This document shows, piece by piece, positions 10,158-20,289 of a stretch of DNA of 64,000 nt. The stretch comes from an uncultured Acidobacteriota bacterium (lineage in GTDB: Bacteria > Actinomycetota > Acidimicrobiia > Acidimicrobiales > SHLQ01): contig CAVTWS010000024.1 of NCBI GenBank assembly GCA_963738445.1, positions 178,439 to 242,438 on the forward strand, written 5' to 3'. Position numbers and translations under genes: made by a program. Every line of letters begins with the position of its first letter. Positions within the stretch are counted from its first letter, which is position 1. The notes beneath the pieces are model-generated. The model did not search any database and was not told the DNA's origin. It was given only the letters and a program-made list of their open reading frames with translations.

Positions 10158-11042
10158 TCACTCATCCCAGAGCTCGGGGCGGGCCACCTTCATGGCGTCG
10201 AGGACCCAGTTCGGTACGCCGTTGCGGAAACCCTCGCCAGGCCAGTTGAACCAGCCCGACGACGCCAGCGCCCCGCCGTCGGGGTGCAGCGTGGTGCCCG
10301 TGACGTACGACGACAGCTGCGACGCGAGGAACAGCACGCAATTGGAGACGTCCTCCAGCCGACCGGTGCGGCCCATCGGGATGGCCACCCGCGTGCCGAC
10401 CGGGTCGAAGATGCCCGAGCTCGACGGACCGCCCACGCCTTTCATCCCCTCGGTCGGCGTGATGTCCGGAGCGACGTTGTTGATGCGGATGCCCTCCGGG
10501 GCCAACTCGACCGACAGCGTGCGGGCGAACTGGGTCACCGCCGCCTTCATGCCGGAGTAGACGGCGAAGTCGGGGGCGGCTCGGTGCGCCTCGATGGTGG
10601 TCAGGTTGACGATGCTTCCCCCGCGACCGGTGGCGCGCATCCGCGGTACGGCCAGCGACGTCGCATCGATGACATGGAGGAAGTTGGTGCGGAACAGCGT
10701 GTCCCACCCCTTGGCGTTCGTGGACGTGAAGGGGGCCTTGAACGTGCCGCCGACGACGTTGACGAGGATGTCGAGCTCGCCGAAGCGCTCGTCGGCGCGG
10801 CCGAAGAAGCCGGCGAGGGCATCGTGATCGCGGACATCGAGCACACCCGTGATGGCATCGGCGCCCAGTTCGGCCAGTTCTGCGGTGATCTGCTCGACGG
10901 CATCGCCATCCCGATCGCACACGGCCAGACGGACCCCGCACCGGGCCAGGTCGCGTGACACGGCGCCTCCGAGTCCGCCGGCGCCTCCGGCGACGAGCGC
11001 CACCGCTCCTGCAAGTCCCGATCGGTCGTCGAGCAGTCCCAT
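10158..11042 (-). CDS. SDR family oxidoreductase.
   Basis: MGLLDDRSGLAGAVALVAGGAGGLGGAV...YSGMKAAV. The ATG lies at 11040-11042. Confidence 0.8.
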   Translation of the reverse strand: MGLLDDRSGLAGAVALVAGGAGGLGGAVSRDLARCGVRLAVCDRDGDAVEQITAELAELGADAITGVLDVRDHDALAGFFGRADERFGELDILVNVVGGTFKAPFTSTNAKGWDTLFRTNFLHVIDATSLAVPRMRATGRGGSIVNLTTIEAHRAAPDFAVYSGMKAAVTQFARTLSVELAPEGIRINNVAPDITPTEGMKGVGGPSSSGIFDPVGTRVAIPMGRTGRLEDVSNCVLFLASQLSSYVTGTTLHPDGGALASSGWFNWPGEGFRNGVPNWVLDAMKVARPELWDE

Positions 11043-11101
11043 GCCTGTCACCCTTCGCCTCGGCCTTGTGCCGGAGCCCGATGGTCGGGCCGGCGCCCGT
11101 T

Positions 11102-12005
11102 CTACTTGATGACCAGGCCGGCCGGGAAGGTGCCGTGCATCTTGCGCAGTGCCAGACCGATCTCGTCGACCGCGAGGGCCTCGCCACTCGACGACGGGTA
11201 GGTGCCGCTGATGTGCCAACCCGACACCCGTTGGAGCTGGTGGCCATCGACCCGCAGCACCGAGCCGGTGAGCCAGCCGCTCTCCTCCGTGCACAACCAG
11301 GCCACGAGGGGCGACGCGTTGGCGGGATCGAGAGGGTCCCACGCCGCGTCGCCATCGGCCGCCCGCCCGATCGAGGCGAGCATCCGGGTCGCGGCGATCG
11401 GGGAGATGGCGTTGGCGGTCACGCCGTACCGGGTCATCTCCATCGCGATGATCTGGGTCATCGTGGCGATGCCCGACTTGGCGGCTCCGTAGTTGGCCTG
11501 GCCCACGTTGCCGAAGAGCCCCGATCCCGACGTCGTGTTGACGATCCGGCCGCTGACCCCGTGCCCGGCCTTGGCGCGGTCCTTCCAGTAGCACGCACGC
11601 GTGGCGGGCCAGCGCGAACGTTCCCTTCAGGTGGACGGCGATGACCGAGTCGAAGTCCGACTCGGTCATCGAGGTGACCATGCGATCTCGAAGGAAGCCG
11701 GCGTTGTTGACCACGGCGTGCAGGTCGCCGAACTGGTCGACCGTCTCCCGCACGAGGGCCTCCATGGCCTCCCAGTCGGTGACCGACGCGCCGTTGGAGA
11801 CGGCGGTGCCGCCACCGGACACGATCTCGTCGACCACATCGTCCGCCGGAGAGCGCTCCGTCTCCTCCTTGTCGCCGCGCACGCTGACGCCGAGGTCGTT
11901 GATCACCACGGTGGCGCCGTGGCGGGCCAGTTCCAGCGCGTGGCAACGGCCCAGGCCCCGCCCGGCGCCGGTGACGATGACGACCCGTCCGTCCAGTGCA
12001 CCCAT
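11102..12005 (-). CDS. SDR family oxidoreductase. There is one frame break near 11585.
   Basis: GRVVIVTGAGRGLG plus NNAG in one frame, and NYGAAKSGIATMTQIIAMEM in the 11102-11506 frame. A GAGGAGG sequence lies 4 nt upstream of the ATG at 12005. Confidence 0.7.
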
Positions 12006-12106
12006 GGATTCCTCCTCGTCGGCGAGCCGGGCCACAGTAGCGACGCATTCCTGAACCCGCCGCGTTGTGTGCGAACATCATCCGAGCTCGTGCGGGGGGA
12101 TGCGTC

Positions 12107-14395
12107 GTGACGGAACCAGCCAACTCAGGGATCCTCGCCGGGACCCGAATCATCGATCTGTCGTCGGGCATCGCCGGTCCGGTGGCGACGATGGTGCTGG
12201 CCGAAGCGGGCGCCGATGTCGTGCTCGTGGAGCCCCCGGGCGGTCATCCCGATCGGTCCCGCCCCGGCTTTGTGACCTGGCATCGAAGCAAACGAAGCGT
12301 CACCCTCGACCTCACGACGGCGGAGGGACTCGCCTCGCTGGGTGAGCTCCTGGCGACGGCCGACGTGTTCGTCCACGATCTCAGTCCCGGGCGCGCCGCG
12401 GGTCTGGGCCTCGACGACTCGTCGCTCGCCCGCACGTACCCCAATCTGATCGTGTGCTCCGTGCTCGGCTGGCCGGCGAACCATCGCCACGCCGACCAGA
12501 CGCCCGACGACCTGCTCACCCTGGCTCGGCTGGGCATCTGTGACGAGCAGAAGGCCAAGCACCGTGCCGGGCCGATCTACGTCCGGGTCCCGCTCGGCAG
12601 CTGGGGCGCGGCGTGGCTCGCCGCCATCGGGATCGTGGCCCGGCTCATCACCCGTGATCGCATCGGAGCAGCCGGCCCGGCCCATACGAGCCTGGTCCAG
12701 GGCGCGCTGATCCCGATGATGATGCACTGGTCCCGCGCCGAGCGCCCATCACCGGTTCTCGAGATGGGCATGCCCAAGCAGCGGATGGGCGCCACACTGT
12801 TCGAGTGCGGCGACGGCCGATGGATCCACGTCATGCCGCCCGGCCCGGACAACATCCCCCTGATGCAGGAGATCTTCGCCGAGATGGGGCCCGACGCCCT
12901 GGCCACGGCCAACGCCGACCTGGGCGACGATCCTCCGATGTTCGCCAACTCCGGAGCCAACCAGGTGGCGTTCCGCCGGTACCCGGCGCAGCGGTGGTTG
13001 GAGGAGCTGTGGGCCCACGACGTGCCCGCTCAACTGGCCGCCCGGATGGGCGAGATCTTCGACGACGAGCAGGCGAGAGCGAATCGTTACGTCATCGAGG
13101 TCGACGATCCCCGCGCCGGACGCATCACGACGGCCGGGCTACCCCTCACCATCACGCCGGCCGCTCGGGTGATCGGGCCCGCGCCCGAACCGGGCCGGCA
13201 CACGGCTGAAGTCCTCTCGGAACTGCGGACACCTCGGCACCGGCCCGCACCTCCGGCCCGCTCCCCCGCCGCCGGGAGGCGCTGGCCACTGGCCGGCCTC
13301 AAGGTGGTCGACTTCGGCAACTTCCTGGCCGGACCGCTCGGTCCGATGCTGCTCGCCGACCTCGGGGCCGACGTCGTCAAGGTCGAGACGATCACGGGTG
13401 ACCCGATGCGGTACGTCGACTGGTCCTTCGCCGGCTGCCAGCGAGGAAAGCGCGGCGTCGCCCTGAACCTCAAGCACCCGGAGTCCCGGGCCGCGCTCGA
13501 AGCGATCATCGGCTGGGCCGACGTGGTGCACCACAACCTTCGGATGCCGGCGGCGCGGCGTCTGGGCCTCGACCCCGACTCGATCCGGGCCATCAAGCCC
13601 GACATCGTCTTCTGCCACACCAGTTCCTACGGACCGGCCGGACCTCGATCGGACTGGCCCGGCTACGACCAGCTCTTCCAGTCCTCCTGCGGTTGGGAGG
13701 TGGCGGGTGCCGGCGAAGGCAACTCACCCATGTGGCACCGGTTCGGATTCACCGACCACCTGTGCGCGATGTCGTCGGTCGTGTCGACCCTGCTCGCCGT
13801 GCTCCATCGCGACCGGACCGGCACGCCCACCAACGTGGCGGCGTCGTTGCTCGGCGCGGCCGTCCTGACCAACAGCGAGACCTACATCGGACCTGATGGC
13901 GAGCTCGTGCCCTTCGCCCAGCTCGACCGGGATCAGCTCGTGCTCACCCCGGGCCGCCGCATCGTGGCCTGCGCTGACGGTTGGGTGGCGATCGCGGCCG
14001 ATTCGGACGATGAGGTCGCCCGACTGCTCGCCGGGCTCGGGGCGGTGGCCACCGACCAGATCGGCGACCTCGCGGCCGCACGGACGACCGACGAGCTCTG
14101 CGCCACCCTGCGCGCCGCCGGCGTCGCGCACGAACCGGTTCGGCTGGCCCAGCGTTACCCGTTCTTCGACGATGCCGACAACCAGGCCGCCGGGTTGGTG
14201 GCGACGTACGAACACGCGGAGTGGGGCCGGTTCGAGCAGCCCGGGTCGATGTGGAACTTCGGCGATCTCGAGACGCGGCTCGATCGCGCGCCACCGGCGC
14301 TCGGCGAGCACACCGTCGAGGTGCTGCGGGAGGTCGGGCTCAGCGCCGATGCCATCGACGCACTCCTGGCCTCGGGCGCCGCTGTCGCCCGCTGA
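12107..14395 (+). CDS. Family III CoA-transferase (CaiB/BaiF) with two tandem catalytic domains in a single polypeptide.
   Basis: Two copies of the IIDLSSGIAGP/VVDFGNFLAGP N-terminal signature lie about 420 aa apart in an intact ORF. The likely start is a GTG at 12107 after a G-rich stretch. Confidence 0.8.
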   Translation: MTEPANSGILAGTRIIDLSSGIAGPVATMVLAEAGADVVLVEPPGGHPDRSRPGFVTWHRSKRSVTLDLTTAEGLASLGELLATADVFVHDLSPGRAAGLGLDDSSLARTYPNLIVCSVLGWPANHRHADQTPDDLLTLARLGICDEQKAKHRAGPIYVRVPLGSWGAAWLAAIGIVARLITRDRIGAAGPAHTSLVQGALIPMMMHWSRAERPSPVLEMGMPKQRMGATLFECGDGRWIHVMPPGPDNIPLMQEIFAEMGPDALATANADLGDDPPMFANSGANQVAFRRYPAQRWLEELWAHDVPAQLAARMGEIFDDEQARANRYVIEVDDPRAGRITTAGLPLTITPAARVIGPAPEPGRHTAEVLSELRTPRHRPAPPARSPAAGRRWPLAGLKVVDFGNFLAGPLGPMLLADLGADVVKVETITGDPMRYVDWSFAGCQRGKRGVALNLKHPESRAALEAIIGWADVVHHNLRMPAARRLGLDPDSIRAIKPDIVFCHTSSYGPAGPRSDWPGYDQLFQSSCGWEVAGAGEGNSPMWHRFGFTDHLCAMSSVVSTLLAVLHRDRTGTPTNVAASLLGAAVLTNSETYIGPDGELVPFAQLDRDQLVLTPGRRIVACADGWVAIAADSDDEVARLLAGLGAVATDQIGDLAAARTTDELCATLRAAGVAHEPVRLAQRYPFFDDADNQAAGLVATYEHAEWGRFEQPGSMWNFGDLETRLDRAPPALGEHTVEVLREVGLSADAIDALLASGAAVAR

Positions 14396-14440
14396 TCCGG
14401 CACCATTCCCGCCGCCGGCACCAGCGACATCACCAACGAC

Positions 14441-16107
14441 TCACCCGTGCGCGGTCTCGCCGGCCCGGATCACGAGCAGCCAGGTGAGGACACCCGACAG
14501 CAGCACCAGTGCCAAAGCCCCGAACGAGGCTTGCGCCAACCGTCCGGCGTCGGTGGCCGACCAGATCCGCGTGGCCAGTGTGTTGTAGTCCGGGGCGCGA
14601 GGAGCAAGGTGGCCGGGAGCTCCTTCATGGTGGAGAGCAGCACCAGGCCCATCCCTGCGGCGAGCCCGGGGGCCATCAACGGGAGCTCGATGCGGGTCAG
14701 GCGCCGCCCGAGGCCCGCTCCCAACAGCCGGGCGGCGTCGTCGAGGCGGGTGGGGACGGCGGCGACCGCGATCTGGGCCGTGCGGGCGGCCTGGGCCCCG
14801 AAGTGCAGGACGTAAGCGGCGACCACGACGGGAAGGGTCTGGTACCACCTCTGGAGGATGTCGATCTCCAACACCCACCACACCAGCGACAGGGCGATGA
14901 TGAGCCCCGGCATCGCGAAACCGGCGACGACCATGGCGTTGGCGACACCTCCCGAACGTGACCGGTGCCGCCCGACGAGGAACGCCAGCGGAAGCAGGGC
15001 GGCGACGGCGACGACCGCGGTGATCACGCCGAGGGTCACGGTGTGCCACGCCGGCAGGGCCAATGCGCCCGGGTCGGTGGCCAACGTGGTGGTGCGGTCG
15101 TTGGCCAACCCCCGGGCGGCCCAGTACCCGAGCACCGCCACGGGCGCGGCCAACGCCCCGATCAACACGACGCCCACGGCGGCCAGGGACGGAAGTTTCC
15201 AACGCCCGAGAGGCACCGTCATGGGGGGCCGATTGCCCATCGTCGCCACGGGTGGTCGCAGCCGCGCCGTTGTCCGCTCGGCGGTGACGACGAGCAACGC
15301 CAGCACGGCCAGCACCAGGCTCGCCGCCATCGCTGCGGGTCGGTTGTAGAGGCGATTCTCGTAGATGCGGACGGTCAACGTGTCGTAGCGGAGGAGGGCG
15401 GTCGCGCCGAACTCGGAGATGGCGTACAGGGCCACGAGCAACGACCCGGCGCCGATCGACGAGGAGATCTGCGGCAGCACCACCTTGCGGAACGTGGACC
15501 ACGGACCGTGCCCGAGCAACCGCGCCGACTCCTCGAGCGATGGCGGCAGGGCGGACAGGCGGGCGGCCACCGGCAGGTACACGTACGGATAGGTGAACAA
15601 CGTCAGGGCGACGAACGCCCCGCGGAACCCGCGGACCTCGGGAAGGTCGTCGACCCCGAGAGGCCCGAGGAGTTGCTCGAGGAGGCCGCCCTTGGCGAAG
15701 CCGGCGATCAACGCCGTCGCGGCGACGAACGACGGGAACACGAGCGGGAGCGGCGCCAGCAGGCGCACCACCCGCCGACCCGGGAGGTCGGTGCGGACGA
15801 CGAGCCACGCCAGTGCGGTACCCACCACGGCGGCCGCCACCGACACGGCGGCGGCCAGCTCGACGGTCCGCCACAACGAGCCGAGCGTGCGGTCATCGGT
15901 GGCGATGTCGACGACGTCGGAGCCGAGCTCCAGGTTCTGGTCGATCAGCCACACGACCGGGATGAGGAACAAGAGCCCGGTGCCGAGACCGACGGCCGTG
16001 AGCAAGGGCGGGGCGCCTCCGCCGGATCGACGGCGGCCGAGGCGCGCCAGAGCCGGCGGGACCAACCCGCCGGCTCGGCGACGAAGCGTCAGATCAGCTG
16101 AGACCAC
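14441..16107 (-). CDS. Iron(III)-type ABC transporter permease (FbpB-like, two transmembrane domains). There is one frame break near 14590.
   Basis: The EAA-loop motif appears twice. The C-terminal 50 aa are recovered in the 14441-15874 frame as DYNTLATRIWSATDAGR... Confidence 0.8.
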
Positions 16108-17137
16108 TCTCCGCGATCAGTTCTGTCGTGCGGGCGAGGCCACCACCGAGCTCGTCGAGATCGATGACGTAGCCGAGGCCGCTGAGCTCCGGGAGGCCCT
16201 CCGGAATCGCCACCCCGTCGATCAGCGGATACTCCCCTTCACCGGCGCTGAACAGGGTCTGCGCTTCCGGCGTCAAGAAGAACTCGAGCAACTGCTCGGC
16301 CGAGTCGACATCGTCGGCGCTGTCGAGGATGCCCACGCCGGTGGTGATGAGGAGCGAGCCGAGGTCCGTCGGCGGGAAGAAGTGGTTGGCCAAAGGAGCG
16401 TTCGGGTCCTCGGCGGTGAACTCGCGCACGTAGTAGTGGTTGACGAGTCCCATCGGGATCTCGCCGCGCGAGACCGCTTCGACGATGGCGGAGTTGCGGT
16501 CGTACACCGGTGAGTCGTTGGCGGCCATCCCCTCCAGCCAGGCCGCGGTCTCGTCGTCGCCGAGGGCGAGACGCATGGCGGTGACGAAGTCCTGGAACGA
16601 GCCGTTGGTGGGAGCGATGCCGACCTGGCCGGCGTAGGCCGGATCGGCGAGGTCCAGCACGGAGTCCGGGAGCGCTGCGGGCTCGACCAGATCGGTGTTG
16701 TAGACGAGCGTGCGGACCCGTCCGGTCACGCCGGTCCAGGTGCCATCGGTCGCGCGATAGGCCTCGTCGACCGGGCCGATCACGTCGGCCGGGAGCTCCG
16801 ACAACCGGCCGAGGCCGTCGAGGTAGCTGACCGCTCCGGGGCTCTGCGAGACGAACAGGTCGGCGGTCGAGGCGTCGCCCTCGGTCTCGATGAGGAGCGC
16901 CAGCTCGGCGGAGTCGCCGTACTTGACGTCGACATCGATCCCGGTCTCGGCCGTGAACGCATCGAAGATGGGGGCGATGAGCTCCTCGGAACGCCCGGAG
17001 TAGATGGTGAGCGTGCCCCCACCATCGGCACTGTCGTCGTCGTCACCGCAGGCGGTGGCCACGAGCGACAGCAGGACGGCGGCGACAAGACCGCGGCGGA
17101 GGCGTGAGCCGGAACGTTTCGTGTGCATGCGGGCCAT
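16094..17137 (-). CDS. ABC transporter substrate-binding lipoprotein, Fe3+/FbpA-like.
   Basis: The lipobox LVATAC is followed by TLTIYSGRSEELIAPIFDAFT. Confidence 0.8.
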   Translation of the reverse strand: MARMHTKRSGSRLRRGLVAAVLLSLVATACGDDDDSADGGGTLTIYSGRSEELIAPIFDAFTAETGIDVDVKYGDSAELALLIETEGDASTADLFVSQSPGAVSYLDGLGRLSELPADVIGPVDEAYRATDGTWTGVTGRVRTLVYNTDLVEPAALPDSVLDLADPAYAGQVGIAPTNGSFQDFVTAMRLALGDDETAAWLEGMAANDSPVYDRNSAIVEAVSRGEIPMGLVNHYYVREFTAEDPNAPLANHFFPPTDLGSLLITTGVGILDSADDVDSAEQLLEFFLTPEAQTLFSAGEGEYPLIDGVAIPEGLPELSGLGYVIDLDELGGGLARTTELIAESGLS

Positions 17138-17227
17138 CGTAACCATGCTCGCCAGGTTTTGTAAAGCGGGCCTAACACTTTCCGCCAAGGATCCATACAC
17201 TCGGATGACACTACGAAGACCCGCGGC

Positions 17228-18277
17228 TCAGCGTCCACGATCGATCGCCGGCTCCGACGCCCAGGCCACCGCCGGGTCACCGCGATGCACGACCTGCACC
17301 GGGTCGCCGCGCCGGTGAACCGGTGGAGTCTCCGCTCGCACCCGGAGCTCGAGCCCATCTATCGCGACCCGGTACGCGCAGTCGTGCCCGTAGTACTCGA
17401 CCTCGAGCACCTCGCCCGGGCCACCGGGTTGCACCGTCATGTCCTCGGGTCGCACCAGGACCACGACAGCACCATCGAACGAGCCGCGGAGCGGGATCGC
17501 TCCGACCGACGTCTCCGCCGCGGCGCCTCGGGCGTCGCCCGGCACGAGGTTGGCCTCCCCCACGAAACCGGCGACCCACGGGGTGACGGGATCGGTGTAG
17601 ATCTCCGCCGGCGCCCCCTGCTGCACCATTCGGCCCCCGTACAGGACCGCCACCTGATCACCGACGTAGAACGCCTCCTCCTGATCGTGGGTGACGAACA
17701 CGGCCGTGATCTCGATGTCGTTCAACAGCGCTCGGACGTCGCGCCGCACCTGAACCCGCAGCGACGCATCCAGGTTGGAGAACGGTTCGTCGAGCAGGAG
17801 CACATCGGGGGCGGGAGCCAGCGCCCGGGCGAGGGCGACCCGCTGCTGCTGACCGCCGGACAACGTCCCCGGCAACCGCCGGGCCTGACCGGCCAGATCG
17901 ACCATGTCGAGAACCTGCCCCACCCGGCCCGAACGACGTTGCGCCTTCGGGAGGCCGAACCCGACGTTGTCGTGCACGCTCAGATGCGGGAACAGCGCCC
18001 AGTCCTGGAACACCATGCCGACCCGCCGGTGTTCCGGGGGGACCCACAGGCCGGGGCCGGCGACGATCCGCTCCCCGATGCGCACGATCCCGGCGTCGGG
18101 CCGCTCCAGACCCGAGATAAGGCGGAGCAGGGTCGTCTTGCCGCAACCGCTCGGCCCCAACAAGGCGAGCGTGGACCCGGGCTGCACCGCCACGGAGACG
18201 TCCTGCAGCACGGGAGTCGATCCGAATTGCTTGGCGACGCCGGTGACCTCGATGCCCACGGGACCGGACGGCGTCAT
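17228..18277 (-). CDS. ABC transporter ATP-binding protein (FbpC-like).
   Basis: GPSGCGKTT (Walker A), LSGGQQQRVALARAL (signature), LLLDEP (Walker B) and a C-terminal TOBE-like domain. Confidence 0.85.
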   Translation of the reverse strand: MTPSGPVGIEVTGVAKQFGSTPVLQDVSVAVQPGSTLALLGPSGCGKTTLLRLISGLERPDAGIVRIGERIVAGPGLWVPPEHRRVGMVFQDWALFPHLSVHDNVGFGLPKAQRRSGRVGQVLDMVDLAGQARRLPGTLSGGQQQRVALARALAPAPDVLLLDEPFSNLDASLRVQVRRDVRALLNDIEITAVFVTHDQEEAFYVGDQVAVLYGGRMVQQGAPAEIYTDPVTPWVAGFVGEANLVPGDARGAAAETSVGAIPLRGSFDGAVVVLVRPEDMTVQPGGPGEVLEVEYYGHDCAYRVAIDGLELRVRAETPPVHRRGDPVQVVHRGDPAVAWASEPAIDRGR

Positions 18278-18388
18278 GGCCGCGAGGTTACCGCCGCCGC
18301 CCCGGGCCCGATCATCCGTGGACGGCCCCGGTCAGGAGCTCGGCAGAACCTCGGCGACGGCACGGGAGCGGTCGATCTCCGCCGGGTC

Positions 18389-18696
18389 CTAGCCGATCAC
18401 GGGCTCGCACTCGGCGAAGAAGCGGTCGAAGAACTCGAGGGCGGCGCGCTCCCGGGGCGTGAACCGATCGGAGTCCGGCGACAGCAGGCACGCGAGCATC
18501 GTCGTCGGAGATCGAGGGGTCCTTGCGCGAGGCCGAGCACGGCTCACAGGCGCCCATCTGCGCGCTATGGAGTCGGAGCAGCTCCACCAACCGCGGTTCG
18601 AGCGCGCCGCGTCGGAAAGTGGCGGACCGCGGCCTCGATCATGGCTCGCGACCCGGTCGGAAGTTCGTCCCACGGGATCGGCTCGATCCTCGACAT
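18389..18696 (-). CDS. Carboxymuconolactone decarboxylase / AhpD-like family protein. It is spread over three frames, so there are at least two frame breaks.
   Basis: Hand translation gives MSRIEPIPWDELPTGSRAMIEAAV in frame A, ELLRLHSAQMGACEPC in frame B and FTPRERAALEFFDRFFAECEP in frame C. The start overlaps the PPOX stop as TGATG. Confidence 0.45.
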
Positions 18697-19127
18697 CAGG
18701 CGGCGACCTCATCGATCCAGGGGCCCACTCCGCTGATGCGCTCGATCGTGACCCTCACCACCACCGACGTGGGCGAATCGCGAAGGGCCAAGGGGTGGCG
18801 GTTCAGACCCACGTACTTCATGGCCAAGCGGTCCATCAGGTCGGGGTCGGGTCCGGGCTCGATCAGGGCCCGACCACGGACGATGAGATGGCGCTGGAAG
18901 CCGCGGCTGTTCCGGACGGTGTCCTCGATCGACAGGATCACCTTCGGGTCTCGTGCCAGGTTGCGCGCCTTGACGCTGCTGGCGTCGGTGCCGAACAGGA
19001 TCTCGTCATCACGGGCCACCACCCACACCACCGAGACCTGCGGCGAGCCATCCGCGTTGCACGTCCAGACGTGCGCCACGGCGTCGGAGCCCAGTACCGC
19101 CTGGGCCGGAGCGGGAATGACGACCAT
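18696..19127 (-). CDS. PPOX-class F420-dependent oxidoreductase (pyridoxamine 5'-phosphate oxidase fold).
   Basis: MVVIPAPAQAVLGSDAVAHVWTCNADGSPQVSVVWV.... Confidence 0.7.
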   Translation of the reverse strand: MVVIPAPAQAVLGSDAVAHVWTCNADGSPQVSVVWVVARDDEILFGTDASSVKARNLARDPKVILSIEDTVRNSRGFQRHLIVRGRALIEPGPDPDLMDRLAMKYVGLNRHPLALRDSPTSVVVRVTIERISGVGPWIDEVAA

Positions 19128-19302
19128 GGCCAACCCCCAAGAGGACGTGTCGGATGTGGTTCGACCTTCGCACGCACCCGAAGGGGTGTCAACCATCACC
19201 TTCACGTCGCCCCTTCACTTCAGCCGGCCGAGGCGCGACAATGGCGTCCGTCACATCCAACGATCCGAGGCGACCACCAGAAACGATCGAGAGGCAAGGC
19301 CC

Positions 19303-19743
19303 ATGAGCACGAGTTCGGTCAGAGCAGTTCTCGAACGGAAGGGATCCGAAGTCGCGTGGGTCGACCCGGGCACCAGCATCGCCGATGCGTTGGCCGTGCT
19401 CGATCACCACGGCATCGGTGCAGTCATCGTGTCCACCACCGGTCGCGATGTCGCCGGGATCATGTCGGAGCGCGACGTCGTGCGGGCCTTGAGCCGTACC
19501 GGTCCGGGGGTACTCGACCGACCGGTGTCGACGATCATGACGACACCGGTCGAGACGTGCGAACCGCACCACACCGTGGCGGAGGTGATGGCCCTCATGA
19601 CCGAGCGCCGGTTCCGCCATCTTCCCGTCGTCGTCGAGGGCGAGCTGATCGGCCTCATCAGCATCGGCGACGCCGTCAAGCAGCGGGTCGGCGAGCTCGA
19701 GCACGACGCGCAGGATCTCCTCGACTACATCCACGCCCGCTGA
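19303..19743 (+). CDS. CBS-pair domain protein.
   Basis: Intact 146-aa ORF containing HHGIGAVIVSTTGRDVAGIMSERDVV and RFRHLPVVVEGELIGLISIGD. Confidence 0.8.
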   Translation: MSTSSVRAVLERKGSEVAWVDPGTSIADALAVLDHHGIGAVIVSTTGRDVAGIMSERDVVRALSRTGPGVLDRPVSTIMTTPVETCEPHHTVAEVMALMTERRFRHLPVVVEGELIGLISIGDAVKQRVGELEHDAQDLLDYIHAR

Positions 19744-19744
19744 C

Positions 19745-19785
19745 GCCGTCGCACCGCCACCGCGTCAGACGGCGCGTCAGGCGAG
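19745..19785. terminator. GC-rich inverted repeat between the convergent CBS and VOC genes. It may be a bidirectional terminator.
   Basis: CGCCGTC...GACGGCG arms in TGACGCCGTCGCACCGCCACCGCGTCAGACGGCGCGTCA. Confidence 0.3.
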
Positions 19786-20166
19786 CATCTGGACGACCTC
19801 GATGAGATGGCCCTCGGGATCGGCCACGAAGGCGACCCGCACCCCGTGCTCCGCCATGGTGCGCACCGGATCGACGACCGAGCCGCCCGCGACGACGGCA
19901 CGTTCGACGAACGCATCCAGATCGTCCGAGGTCACCCCGAGGATCACCTCGTCCGACGACGGCGTGGTGCGATCGGCGTAGGCCAGCAGCACGAGCGACG
20001 TACCGCCCGAGGACGACGACCTGAACATCGTCTCCTCGATCTCCCGGCCGGCAATGTCGGCGGTGACCCGGGCGACCTTCTCCAGCCCGAACACGGTCAG
20101 GTAGAAGGACTCACAGGCGTCGAGATCAGCGACGACGAGTTTCGTGAAGGACAAGCTGTCGGCCAT
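19777..20166 (-). CDS. VOC (glyoxalase/bleomycin-resistance) family protein.
   Basis: Intact 129-aa ORF with a typical paired beta-alpha-beta-beta-beta module. Confidence 0.8.
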   Translation of the reverse strand: MADSLSFTKLVVADLDACESFYLTVFGLEKVARVTADIAGREIEETMFRSSSSGGTSLVLLAYADRTTPSSDEVILGVTSDDLDAFVERAVVAGGSVVDPVRTMAEHGVRVAFVADPEGHLIEVVQMLA

Positions 20167-20202
20167 CGGAGCCTCCCGGGTTCACCGGAGTTGTACTACA
20201 GC

Positions 20203-20260
20203 CCGGTCAGGGCCTGCTCACACCGCTGGCCGGCTCGCCGGTCAGGGCCTGCTCGCACCG
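20203..20260. repeat. 23-bp direct repeat, two copies 35 bp apart, in the divergent VOC / alpha/beta-hydrolase promoter region.
   Basis: CCGGTCAGGGCCTGCTCACACCG at 20203-20225 and CCGGTCAGGGCCTGCTCGCACCG at 20238-20260. Confidence 0.7.
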
Positions 20261-20289
20261 GCGGGCCGCAGCGGTCAAGATGAACCTCC

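Noticed and set aside
18278-18388. Possible TPP or other riboswitch upstream of the Fbp-type ABC operon.
   Set aside because: No CTGAGA/ACCTGATCTGGATAATGCCAGCG-like core is present. The substrate-binding protein also looks like a ferric-iron binder rather than a thiamine binder.
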